DNA from: an uncultured Thermoleophilia bacterium
GTDB taxonomy: Bacteria > Actinomycetota > Thermoleophilia > UBA2241
Reading direction: 5' to 3'
Assembly: GCA_963707855.1 (NCBI GenBank)
Contig: CAVPRQ010000020.1
Coordinates: 114,907 to 178,906, forward strand
DNA: 64,000 nt
Under the pieces are notes generated by a model. The model was not told the DNA's origin. It saw only the letters and a list, made by a program, of their open reading frames with translations, and made no database searches. The stretch's first letter is position 1, and each line of letters begins with the position of its first letter. Both the position numbers and the translations under genes were made by a program. Shown piece by piece: positions 8,634 through 18,273 of the stretch.

Positions 8634-10431
8634 ATGCGCAGGTTCGTGATCGCAACTATCTTGCTGACGCTTCTGATCGGCCTGGCCGGGGGGGTGGCCC
8701 GCGCCGACACGAGCGCGTCGCCGTCGCCCGGCGCCGAGAAGCTCGTGTTCCGCGTCGGGCAGACGCAGGAGGTCGACAACCTCAACCCGTTCATCGGCCA
8801 GTCGAGCATCACCTACTGAGATCTTCAGCCTCAACTACGACTATCTGGTCGGTACCGCCCCGAACGGCGACCCACGACCGGAGCTGGCCGACAGCTGGGA
8901 GGTCTCCGACGACGGCCTCACCTGGACCTTCAAGATCCACCCCGGCATCAAGTGGCATGACGGAGAGCCGCTCACGGCCCGCGACGTGGCCTTCACCTAC
9001 ATGTACGTGATCGACAACGAGCTCGCACGCCTTCACCTGGAACACGGTCGAACATGAAAGAGGTCGTCGCCGTCGACGACGCCACGGTCGTGTTCCACCT
9101 CTCGAAGCCCAGGGCCGACATGCTGCGCACCGGGGTCCTCATCGTGCCGGAGCACATCTGGAGCAAGGTGCCCGCCGACAAGGTCGAGACGTACCAGGTC
9201 AAGCTGCCGCTCGTCGGCTCCGGGCCCGTTCCAGGTGACCGAGGAGAAGAAGGGCTCGTACTGGGTCATGGAGGCCAACAAGGACTACTTCGGGGGCGCG
9301 CCCACGATCGACGAGGTCATCTTCGAGCGGTACACGAACCAGGACACGTTGGCCATGGACATCAAGAACGGCCAGCTCGACGTGGCTTTCGAACTGCCGG
9401 AGGCGCAGATCGAGGCCCTCCAGAGCGAGCCCGGCCTCACCGCAGACGCCTTCTACAGGATGTACTTCGACTGCATGGCGATGAACGTGTACGACGACCC
9501 GGACTCGCTGGCCAACCCCGTGCTGAAAGACGTCAAGTTCCGTCAGGCGATCGCGTGGGCCATCGACAAGCAGAAGATCGTCGACAGCTGCATGGGCGGC
9601 TACGCGACGGTCGGCGACTCGATCTGCGGCCCCGGCACCGACGGCGCCTGGACGCCGACGGAGGACGAGGCGTTCGGCTTCGACCTCGAGAAGGCGAAGC
9701 AGATGCTCGAGGACGCCGGCTACACGGACACGGACGGCGACGGGGTCCGCGAGGACAAGCAGGGCAAGCCGATCGAGCTGCGGCTCTGGACGCGGACCGA
9801 GAGCCCACCGCAGCAGCGCGCCGGCAAGCTGATCGCCGGATGGTACGAGTCGATCGGCCTCAAGATCAAGCTCAGCGTGATGACCGACGGAGGGATCTAC
9901 GACGGCCTCTACAACTACACGGACAACGGCAAGACCTACGCCCCCGACTTCGACATGTACATCTGGGGCTGGCCCGGCGGCATCGACCCCGAGGGCATAC
10001 TCTCCTGCTTCACCACCTCCGCGATCGAGTGGTGGAACGAATGCTCCTGGTCGAACGCCGAGTACGACGCGCTGGAGAAGCAGCAGATCACAGAGATGGA
10101 CTGGCCGAAGCGCGAAGAGATGGTCCAGCGCATGCAGCAGCTCTTCTACCAGGAAGCGCCCGACATCGTGCTGTACTACCCGGACTCGCTGATGGCCTAC
10201 AACTCGGACAGGTGGGAGGGCTGGGTCCCCTACCCGACCGAGGACGGCATGGTCGTGAACACGCACACCATTGACACGTACATCCAGCTGCATCCCAAGG
10301 CGGCGGCGACCACGAGCTCGGAATCCTCGAATACCGCGCTCATCGTCGGCGCGGTGATCGCGGCGCTCGCCGTGATCGCCATCATCCTGCTGCTCGTGCG
10401 CCGGAGCCGCGGTCGCGCCGTCGAGGAGTAG
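8634..10431 (+). pseudogene. family-5 ABC substrate-binding protein gene, copy 1 of a tandem pair, apparently frameshifted (at least 3 frame changes)
   Basis: An ATG at 8634 gives the signal peptide MRRFVIATILLTLLIGLAGGVARA. The SBP body is split over frames (8583..8819, an unlisted frame, 9054.., 9235..10431). The C-terminus has an S/T-rich linker and a TM anchor, ...ALIVGAVIAALAVIAIILLLVRRSRGRAVEE. Confidence 0.6.
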
Positions 10432-10447
10432 GGCTGACTCAAGGGAG

Positions 10448-10486
10448 CGGGGAGGGGCAGGCGACGGACGGACCTGCCCCTCCCCG
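10448..10486 (+). terminator. GC-rich hairpin after SBP copy 1
   Basis: cggggaggggcagg ... cctgcccctccccg forms a perfect 14-bp stem. An identical element lies after copy 2. Confidence 0.5.
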
Positions 10487-10560
10487 CCCCGTCGTGCGAG
10501 CGGGCGCCCGCGCGTCCGCGCGCGAAGAGTCTCGAAGGGTCTACTGGGGGAGGCACGGCA

Positions 10561-12368
10561 ATGCGCAGGTTCGTGATCGCAACTATCTTGCTGACGCTTC
10601 TGGTCGGCCTGGCCGGGGGGGTGGCCCGCGCCGACACCGAGCGCGTCGCCGTCACCCGGCGCCGAGAAGCTCGTGTTCCGCGTCGGGCAGATGCAGGAGG
10701 TCGACAACCTCAACCCGTTCATCGGCCAGTCGCTCATCACCACTGAGATCCTCCACCTCAACTACGACTATCTGGTCGGTTACGCCCCGAACGGCGACCC
10801 ACGACCGGAGCTGGCCGACAGCTGGGAGGTCTCCGACGACGGCCTCACCTGGACCTTCAAGATCCACCCCGGCATCAAGTGTCACGACGGGGAGCCGCTC
10901 ACGGCCCGCGACGTGGCCTTCACCTACATGTACGTCATCGACAACGAGCTCGCGGCCTATACCTGGAACACGTCGAACATGAAGGAGGTCGTCGCCACCG
11001 ACGACGCCACGGTCGTGTTCCACCTCTCGAAGCCCAGGGCCGACATGCTGCGCACCGCGGTCACCATCGTGCCGGAGCACATCTGGAGCAAGGTGCCGGG
11101 CGACAAGGTCGAAACGTACCAGGTCAAGCTGCCGCTCGTCGGCTCCGGGCCCGTTCCAGGTGACCGAGGAGAAGAAGGGCTCGTACTGGGTCATGGAGGC
11201 CAACAAGGACTACTTCGGGGGCGCGCCCACGATCGACGAGGTCATCTTCGAGCGGTACACGAATCAGGACACCTTGGTCGATGGACATCAAGAGCGGCGC
11301 GCTCGACGTGGCTGTCGATCTGCCGGAGGCGCAGATCGAGGCCCTCCAGAGCGAGCCCGGCCTCACCGCAGGCGCCCTTGACAGGCCGTACTTCGACTGC
11401 ATGGCGATGAACGCGTACGACGACCCGGACTCGCTGGCCAACCCCGTGCTGAAAGACATCAAGTTCCGTCAGGCGATCGCGTGGGCGATCGACAAGCAGA
11501 AGATCGTCGACAGCTGCATGGGCGGCTACGCGACGGTCGGCGACTCGATCGTGCCCCCCCGGCGCGGACGGCGCCTGGACGCCGACGGAGGACGAGGCGT
11601 TCGGCTTCGACCTCGAGAAGGCGAAGCAGATGCTCGAGGACGCCGGCTACACGGACTCGGACGGCGACGGGGTCCGCGAGGACAAGCAGGGCAAGCCGAT
11701 CGAGCTGCGGCTCTGGACGCGGACCGAGAGCCCACCGCAGCAGCGCGCCGGCAAGCTGATCGCCGGATGGTACGGGGACGATCGGCCTCAAGATCAAGCT
11801 CAGCGTGGATGACCGACGGAGGGGTCCTACGACGGCCTCTACAACTACACGGACGACGGCAAGACCTACGCCCCCGACTTCGACATGTACATCTGGGGCT
11901 GGCCCAGCGATATCGACCCCGAGGGCATCCTCTCCTACTTCACCACCTCCGAGATCGAGAGGTGGAACGAGTGCTCCTGGTCGAACGCCGAGTACGACGC
12001 GCTGGAGGATCAGCAGATCACAGGAGATGGACTGGCCGAAGCGCGAAGAGATGGTCCACCGCATGCAGCAGATCTTCTACGAGGAAGCGCCCGACATCGT
12101 GCTGTACTACCCGAAGTCGCTGATGGCCTACAACTCGGACAGGTGGGAGGGCTGGGTCCCCTACCTGACCGAGAACGGCATGGTCGTCTGAACACGTTCA
12201 CACCATTGACACGTACATCGAGCTGCATCCCAAGGCGGCGGCGACCACGAGCCTCGGAGTCGTCGAATACCGCGCTCATCGTCGGCGCGGTGATCGCGGC
12301 GCTCGCCGTGATCGCCATCATCCTGCTGCTCGTGCGCCGCGAGCCGCGGTCGCGCCGTCGAGGAGTAG
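10561..12368 (+). pseudogene. family-5 ABC substrate-binding protein gene, copy 2 of the tandem pair, with at least 5 frame changes
   Basis: It has the same signal peptide (MRRFVIATILLTLLVGLAGG) and roughly 90% nt identity to copy 1, broken into the ORF fragments 10673.., 11160.., 11281.., 11630.., 11805.. and 11885... Single-base insertions and substitutions distinguish it from copy 1. Confidence 0.55.
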
Positions 12369-12385
12369 GGCTGACTCAAGGGAGC

Positions 12386-12423
12386 GGGGAGGGGCAGGCG
12401 ACGGACGGACCTGCCCCTCCCCG
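12386..12423 (+). terminator. GC-rich hairpin after SBP copy 2 (duplicate of 10448-10486)
   Basis: The same 14-bp stem sequence as after copy 1. Confidence 0.5.
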
Positions 12424-12483
12424 CCCCGTCGTGCGGGCGGGCGCCCGCGCGTCCGCGCTGAACAACGACGAAGGAGCTCGACG

Positions 12484-13887
12484 ATGGGCGTGCACGGTGT
12501 CCTGGACGGCGTGGCCGCGAGCCTCGAAGCCGCGGTGGCCGCGTTCGTCAAAGAGAAGCACGTGCCCGGCGTGGCGGCCGGAGTGGTGCTCGGCGACGAG
12601 CTCGCGTGGGAACTGGGCTGGGGCTGTGCGGACCTCGCCACCGGACGCAGGCCCGATGCGCGGACGCCGCACATGATCGCCTCGATGACGAAGCCCTTCA
12701 CCGGTACGGCCATCATGCAGCTGCGCGATCAGGGTCTTCTTGACCTCGACGACCCAGTCAGCCGCCATATCCCGGAGCTGCGGCCCAACGATGCCGCCGG
12801 GCTCGGCAAGGTCACCATTCGCCGTCTGCTCTCCCACGAGTCGGGCCTCATGGGCGAGCCGCCCGGTACGGACTGGGGGACGGCCGACTACGGCACGATC
12901 GCCGAGACGCTCGCGCGCGCCGACGAGATCGCCGCGCGCATCCCGCCCAACATGCAGTGCAAGTACTCCAACCTCGGGTATCAGCTTCTCGGTGAGGTCG
13001 TGGCGCGCATCGCCGGCATGCCGTACGCGGAGTACGTCCAGCAGCGCATCTTCGACCCGCTCGGGATGACCTCGACCAGCTTCGCGCCAGATGCCGAGCT
13101 GGCGTCACGTTGCGCCGTCGGGTATCTGCCGGCGACGTTCGCCGGCGACTTCAGGCCCGCGCCCATCGTCCGCAATTACACCTCCGAGGCCGGCCTCTGG
13201 TCGACGGTGGAGGACCTCGCGCGCTGGATCGGCCTGCAGTTCCGCACGGACGCCGGCGAGCCGGACGGCGCGCAGATCCTGCGCGGCGCCACACTCGCCG
13301 AGATGCAGACGGCGCGCTACCTGAGTGACGCGGCCTGGAACGAAGCCTGGTGTGTCTCGTGGTACGCGACGCGCCGGGGCGAGTCGATCTGGATCGGGCA
13401 CGCCGGCATGCTCGACGGCTTCACCTCCTACGCCGGCTTCCTGCCGGCGCAGAAGCTCGGTGTCATCGTCCTCGTCAACAACGGTGTCGCCGAACCTGCC
13501 GACCTCGCCATGCGGCTGGGTGAGATCGCCGCCGGCGTCGCCCGGCGCCCGCCCGCAACGCCGCTCGCGGCGCCCGTGCCCGACGCCTTGCGCGACTTCC
13601 CCGGGCTCTACATGAACGAGCGCTGGGGCATGGTGTTCCGTATCGAGATCGAGTGGCGCGACGGCGCGCTCCGCGTCGTCGCCCCCGACCAGACGAGTCC
13701 TCCCCCAACGCTCTCGCAGACCGACGATCGCGACGTCTTCATGATCGCGGGCGGCCGTGACGCGGGGGAGACGGCCGTCTTTCTGCGCACCGCCGACGGA
13801 CGCGTGCGCGGCGTTCGCCTCGCGTACTCGACGCTCGCCCGGCTCGAGCCGGTGGAAGAAACGGCCGGCGTGCCCGCGGGGTCCTGA
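12484..13887 (+). CDS. serine hydrolase of the beta-lactamase / class C / PBP family
   Basis: 467 aa with SxxK (ASMTKPFTG), YSN (KYSNLGYQLLG) and HAG (IGHAGMLDG) motifs. Confidence 0.8.
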   Translation: MGVHGVLDGVAASLEAAVAAFVKEKHVPGVAAGVVLGDELAWELGWGCADLATGRRPDARTPHMIASMTKPFTGTAIMQLRDQGLLDLDDPVSRHIPELRPNDAAGLGKVTIRRLLSHESGLMGEPPGTDWGTADYGTIAETLARADEIAARIPPNMQCKYSNLGYQLLGEVVARIAGMPYAEYVQQRIFDPLGMTSTSFAPDAELASRCAVGYLPATFAGDFRPAPIVRNYTSEAGLWSTVEDLARWIGLQFRTDAGEPDGAQILRGATLAEMQTARYLSDAAWNEAWCVSWYATRRGESIWIGHAGMLDGFTSYAGFLPAQKLGVIVLVNNGVAEPADLAMRLGEIAAGVARRPPATPLAAPVPDALRDFPGLYMNERWGMVFRIEIEWRDGALRVVAPDQTSPPPTLSQTDDRDVFMIAGGRDAGETAVFLRTADGRVRGVRLAYSTLARLEPVEETAGVPAGS

Positions 13888-13983
13888 GCGCTGGGAAGGA
13901 TGCGTCAGGAGCCTCTCAGTGCGGGAGGCTGTGGCCGGCCGGGGAGCCGCCAGGCTCTTGGAGGCGTGAAGCGGGGGGTGGAG

Positions 13984-15093
13984 ATGTCCGAGATCGTGAC
14001 CGTGCGGGGATCGATTCGCCCCGATGAGCTGGGTTTCACGAGCATGCATGAGCACCTGTTCGTCCGTGAATCCTATCGGCGCGAGATCTTCAAGAGCAGG
14101 CACCCAGATCCGGCCGAATGGGCGAAAGCCGACAAGGACGAGCTACTCAGTCTGGAGAACCTTGGCGCAGTGCGGCGGAATCCCTACCTCATTCTCGATG
14201 AGACGCGGCTCGATGATGAGGAGCACACGACGTCGGAGGTCGCCGAGTACAAGGCGGCCGGCGGCGCAGCGATCCTCGAAATGAGCGCCCCGGGGATCAG
14301 GATCATGACCGACAGCCTGGAGCGGGTATCGGAAGCGACCGGCGTGCACATCATCGCCTCCACGGGCCTCTACACAGAGCAATCCTGGCCTGACTGTTTC
14401 CGTTCCATGACGTTGGAGCAGTATGCCGACCATTTCCGCAGCGAGCTGGTCGGGGGGATCGGGGAGACTGGGGTAAGGGCTGGTCACATCAAGGTAGCCG
14501 TGGTCGACGAGATAACGCGGCAGCAAGAGACGGTGCTGCGAGCAGCGGCCCGTGTGTCAGCTGAGACCGGCGTCTCGATCACGGCACATCCTGGATTCGA
14601 CATCGGCAACGACGGCCGTGCGATCGTCAGGATCCTCAAGGATGAAGGCATGGATCTTCAGCGGCTCATCCTGGCTCATACGTCGGGATTCTTCATTCGC
14701 ACCTCAGACATGAAAGCCAGGATCCTGTATCCAGAGGCCACATGGGGTCTGACGTTGGACTATGCTGAGCAACTGCTTTCCCTTGGAGTCACCCTCTCGA
14801 TCGACTGCTTCGGCCACCTGTGCGAGTTGGAGTTCCTCCGCGACCGCCAGGAAGAGGATTGGCAGCGATTGGCCGGTCTCGTCGCACTGCTGCAGCGTGG
14901 TTATGCGGAGCAGCTGGTACTCGGCTGCGATGTCTATATGAAGTCGCTGACGCGGCGCTACGGTGGAGACGGCTACCGGCGCCTTCCCGCAGCGATCATT
15001 CCCATTCTCAGGGATTGTGGCGTCTCTGACTGCGCCATTCGACACATGACCGTTGGCAATCCTGCGCGACTGCTTGCCTGGTCAGCAGCCTGA
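13984..15093 (+). CDS. phosphotriesterase-family (PTE/PHP-like) amidohydrolase, possible lactonase
   Basis: An ATG at 13984 gives MSEIVTVRGSIRPDELGFTSMHEHL, the PTE signature GxTxxHEHL. A TIM-barrel metal-dependent hydrolase pattern follows. Local GC (about 58-60%) is lower than the surroundings. Confidence 0.75.
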   Translation: MSEIVTVRGSIRPDELGFTSMHEHLFVRESYRREIFKSRHPDPAEWAKADKDELLSLENLGAVRRNPYLILDETRLDDEEHTTSEVAEYKAAGGAAILEMSAPGIRIMTDSLERVSEATGVHIIASTGLYTEQSWPDCFRSMTLEQYADHFRSELVGGIGETGVRAGHIKVAVVDEITRQQETVLRAAARVSAETGVSITAHPGFDIGNDGRAIVRILKDEGMDLQRLILAHTSGFFIRTSDMKARILYPEATWGLTLDYAEQLLSLGVTLSIDCFGHLCELEFLRDRQEEDWQRLAGLVALLQRGYAEQLVLGCDVYMKSLTRRYGGDGYRRLPAAIIPILRDCGVSDCAIRHMTVGNPARLLAWSAA

Positions 15094-15149
15094 GACGGCG
15101 GAAGACGGGCGGCACGTCTGATGCAACATCGTGGGCAAGGAAGCACAGA

Positions 15150-15563
15150 ATGAAAAGCGAGATCGATTTCTCAGTTTCAGGAGAGTTGCTCCCAGACGAA
15201 CTCGGTGAACTGCTGGATCTGGTAGATCTGCCATTGGCGATATCGTATACACCGAAAGAGTTGGCTCAACTCATCGCCGGCTCTACGGCATATGTCACAG
15301 CGCGCCATTCTGGTGATCTGGTTGGATTTGGCCGCATACTTTCCGATGGTGCGGCCATAGCCTATATCAACGATATGTCAGTACACCCCAAATACCAAAG
15401 ACAGGGTATTGGTCAACGCATTCTGGAGTTGCTCATGCACGCCGTCGGAGACGTCAGTTCGATCTATCTCTATACGAATACCGCCGATTCACTCTATATG
15501 CGCAATGGTTTCCAGCTCTCCGAGAAGCGTCTCTATGTGTATCGCCTGCAAGCCAGGCAATGA
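15150..15563 (+). CDS. GNAT family N-acetyltransferase
   Basis: 137 aa. YINDMSVHPKYQRQGIGQRILELLMHAV is the acetyl-CoA binding motif A (Q/RxxGxG/A). The gene is markedly low in GC (about 50%), suggesting horizontal acquisition. Confidence 0.75.
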   Translation: MKSEIDFSVSGELLPDELGELLDLVDLPLAISYTPKELAQLIAGSTAYVTARHSGDLVGFGRILSDGAAIAYINDMSVHPKYQRQGIGQRILELLMHAVGDVSSIYLYTNTADSLYMRNGFQLSEKRLYVYRLQARQ

Positions 15564-15844
15564 CCGGAACCAACCCTGATCCGTCGTTCGACACTGACCT
15601 CAAGCTCCCGACAGATCGGCTCGACCCCGAGACGGTCGCGGTGCGCGTCGATGTCAAGAGGATCGTCGGCTGTGCAGGAGATGACCGTGCGGAGAGTGTC
15701 GAGGTGGGCGTCCATCGTGGCCTCTGGGTCGGCGGTGACCAATGCGGCGCCGATCTCGGCCTCTCCGCTTCTCTTTCCTGTCGCATGTCGAGATCCGTGG
15801 AATCAAGCACGTAGAATCGGGGCGTCCCTGACTGGAGGTCTGCC

Positions 15845-16906
15845 ATGCCGTTCGACGTAGAGTTCTTCCGCGCCCTCACCCAGGCTCCGGGTCCCACAGG
15901 CTTCGAGGGCCCGGTCATGCGCGTCGTGCGCGAGCGCCTGTCCGCTGTGGCGGAGCCACAGGCCGACGCTTTGGGAAACGTGTGGGCGCGCGTCGGGGCG
16001 GACGGTGACCTCGAGATGGCCGTGGTGGCACACGCGGACCAGATCGGCCTCATCGTCACCTACGTCGATGAGCAGGGTTTCGTCTGGTTCGACCACATCG
16101 GCGGCGTCGATCGCCAGCTCCTGCCGGGTCACGCCGTTGCCATCCACGCAGCCGACGGCGTGGTCGACGGAGTCGTCGGGCGCAAGCCGACGCACCTCAT
16201 CCCGCAAGAGGATCGCGGCAAGGCTCCGGAGCTGCACGAGCAGTACATCGACATCGGGGCGCCAGACAGGGCCGCGGCGCTGGAGCGGGTCGCCATCGGC
16301 GATCCGGTCACGTTCGCGCAGCGTTTCGTCGAGCTTTCGCCGGGTGTGTACGCGACGCTCGCCTGCGACGACAGGGCCGGCGTCTACGCAGCCTGCCGGG
16401 CTCTCGAGGAGCGTGCCGCGGCCGGCAGCGGCGCCGCTCTGACCGCCGTCGCCACGGTGCACGAGGAGACCACGCGCATGGGCGCCAAAGCGCAGCTCCA
16501 CACTCTGAACGCCGATGTGATCGTCGTCCTTGATGGCGACTTCGCCAGCGATCAGCCGGATCTCGACGTCAAGAAGGCCGGTGGAGAAGTCACGATCGGC
16601 GGCGGACCGATCCTGGCGCGCGGCATCAGCAGCAATGAGCGCCTGTTCCATCGCGCCATCGAGGTGGCGCGCCGCGAGAAGATCCCCTTCCAGGTGAAAG
16701 CCATTGGCGGCGGGACTCTGGGCACCGACGCCGACGAGCTGATGGCGGTCGGCGACGCGGCGACCCTGTCGCTGTTCATCCCGATGCGCTACATGCATTC
16801 TCCGTTCGAGGTGGTGCGCGGCGACGACATGGAGGCCACCGTCTCCCTCATTGTTGCGCTGGCCAAGGAGCTGGGCGGGTCCAGTCTCGACGATTTCCGA
16901 GGCTGA
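15845..16906 (+). CDS. M42 family metallopeptidase (FrvX/deblocking aminopeptidase/CelM-like)
   Basis: 353 aa. MPFDVEFFRALTQAPGPTGFEGPV with HADQIG and conserved D/E metal ligands is typical of M42. Confidence 0.8.
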   Translation: MPFDVEFFRALTQAPGPTGFEGPVMRVVRERLSAVAEPQADALGNVWARVGADGDLEMAVVAHADQIGLIVTYVDEQGFVWFDHIGGVDRQLLPGHAVAIHAADGVVDGVVGRKPTHLIPQEDRGKAPELHEQYIDIGAPDRAAALERVAIGDPVTFAQRFVELSPGVYATLACDDRAGVYAACRALEERAAAGSGAALTAVATVHEETTRMGAKAQLHTLNADVIVVLDGDFASDQPDLDVKKAGGEVTIGGGPILARGISSNERLFHRAIEVARREKIPFQVKAIGGGTLGTDADELMAVGDAATLSLFIPMRYMHSPFEVVRGDDMEATVSLIVALAKELGGSSLDDFRG

Positions 16907-16935
16907 CCCCGGAGCGATGCCCGAAGGAGGGCACA

Positions 16936-17769
16936 ATGAAGGTGTTCATCAGTATCGATCTCGAAGGCATCACCGGCGTTTGTGCTGAGGCTCAGACTGA
17001 TCCGGGCACGCCGCAGTACGCTACGGCGTGCGAGTTGATGAGGGCCGACCTCGATGCGGCCCTGGAAGGCTGCCTGACCGCCGGTGCGACCGAGATCGTG
17101 GTCTGCGACGCACACTATCTTGGCACGAACCTCACCTGCCGGGGCCTGCCGCCGCAGGTGTCACTGGCGTCGGGCTACCCTCTCGACGGTCATGCCGACC
17201 TTGGCATGATGCACGGACTCGACGACACCTTCACTGCGGCGGTCTTCATCGGCTACCATGCCATGGCCGGTACCAGGGCCGGCGTGCTGGATCACACGTT
17301 CACCTACGATGTCTACCGGGTGCACATCGGCGAGCATCTCGAAGTGGGAGAGACCGGAGTCAACGCCGGCCTCGCCGGTCGCTACGGGGTGCCGGTGGTG
17401 TTCGTCTCCGGCGACGCCGCCACTGCCGAGCAGGCGCGCGAGTTGCTGCCCGGTGTCGGCACGGCGGTCGTCAAGCACGGGACGTCGCGCACGGCCGCGC
17501 AGCTTCTGCCGCCCGAGGTGACGCGCCCCCTCATCCGCGACGGCGTGGCGGAGGCGCTGCTCGCGGCAGACCGACCGGAGCCACTCGATTTCGCCGATCT
17601 GCCCGTGACCCTTGCTCTGATCAACACGCGCCGCTGCGATGCGGCGGCCCTCTGTCCGGGCACCGAACGGCTCGACGGACGCACGCTGCAGATTGCCGGC
17701 GGCGACTTCCTGCGGACCTTCGCAGCTCTGGAGACCTGCATCGAACTGGCGGCGACGGCACGCGAATGA
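16936..17769 (+). CDS. dppA: D-aminopeptidase, M55 family (DppA-like)
   Basis: 277 aa. The N-terminus MKVFISIDLEGITGV matches the DppA hallmark (MKiyISaDiEGiaGV). Confidence 0.75.
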   Translation: MKVFISIDLEGITGVCAEAQTDPGTPQYATACELMRADLDAALEGCLTAGATEIVVCDAHYLGTNLTCRGLPPQVSLASGYPLDGHADLGMMHGLDDTFTAAVFIGYHAMAGTRAGVLDHTFTYDVYRVHIGEHLEVGETGVNAGLAGRYGVPVVFVSGDAATAEQARELLPGVGTAVVKHGTSRTAAQLLPPEVTRPLIRDGVAEALLAADRPEPLDFADLPVTLALINTRRCDAAALCPGTERLDGRTLQIAGGDFLRTFAALETCIELAATARE

Positions 17770-17865
17770 CCGGCGCCGGCCGCGTCGCTGGCTTGTCGCG
17801 GGCACCGTCGGCGCGTGGTCCGACGATGACCTCCGGCGAGCGGATGTTGCGTAGCCGGTAACGCG

Positions 17866-18054
17866 TCAGCTTCCCGAGCTGAAGACCGCGGGCATGGCCG
17901 CCGAGCGGGCGCGGAGGCACGAGAGGCGCGCCGCGTAGCCGCGGTTGTGACCGGTCAGGGCGCAGAGCTCGTCGAGCATGCGCGTGCGCTCGCGGCTGCG
18001 CGCCCGCCGGTAGCGCTGCGCCATCTCCTTGGTGACCTGCTTCCTCGTTGCCAT
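17866..18054 (-). mobile_element. truncated transposase N-terminal (HTH) fragment, IS remnant
   Basis: The minus strand gives MATRKQVTKEMAQRYRRARSRERTRMLDELCALTGHNRGYAARL..., resembling N-termini of DDE transposase/integrase-core proteins (...ILDEFCxxTGYHRKYAIRLL). It stops after about 60 aa, so no catalytic domain is present. It lies within ORF 17866..18177. Confidence 0.4.
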
Positions 18055-18115
18055 CGACAGGGCCACGTGCCGCCGCCTCTCGATGCGCCTCCGTGACGCT
18101 CCAGAGGTTCGGCAT

Positions 18116-18174
18116 GCTTCGAGTACATTCTTATGTGAGGTAACGGAGCGGTTTCGAGTGCATTCTTGCTGAGG
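18116..18174. repeat. AT-richer imperfect direct repeats (ttcgagtacattcttatgtgagg / ttcgagtgcattcttgctgagg) next to the IS remnant
   Basis: Two approximately 23-nt units about 35 bp apart in a local low-GC patch. They could be IS end remnants or regulatory. Confidence 0.4.
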
Positions 18175-18186
18175 CAAGGCGCTGTA

Positions 18187-18215
18187 TTGACAGGCGCTGA
18201 CCAGCTCCGTAGGGT
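18187..18215 (+). promoter_or_regulatory. sigma70-like promoter of mtbB (TTGACA, 17 nt, TAGGGT)
   Basis: TTGACA at 18187-18192, a 17-nt spacer and TAGGGT at 18210-18215, about 60 nt upstream of the mtbB start. Confidence 0.5.
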
Positions 18216-18236
18216 ATCCACCCGGGTGGTTCTACC
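18213..18236 (+). promoter_or_regulatory. imperfect 24-bp palindrome GGTATCCACCCGGGTGGTTCTACC overlapping the -10/TSS (putative operator)
   Basis: Its reverse complement contains CACCCGGGTGGATAC, identical to the 14-mer at 8491-8504 and 13/14 identical to 1717-1730. Confidence 0.45.
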
Positions 18237-18273
18237 TTCCGGCCGACGATCCAGTGGAGGAGGTGTGCCTGCC

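Larger units (their letters stand above)
8595..12430 (+). repeat. tandem duplication, about 1.93 kb unit x 2 (SBP gene plus terminator)
   Basis: The start codons at 8634 and 10561 are 1927 bp apart. The copies share the RBS-proximal sequence (gggtctatctggggaggtacggcaatgcgc / gggtctactgggggaggcacggcaatgcgc) and the 3' hairpin. Confidence 0.7.

Noticed and set aside
9054-10274. 406-aa and 520-aa Arg-rich ORFs across SBP copy 1, both strands
   Set aside because: They are off-frame or antisense to the clearly SBP-like frames. The composition is nonsense.
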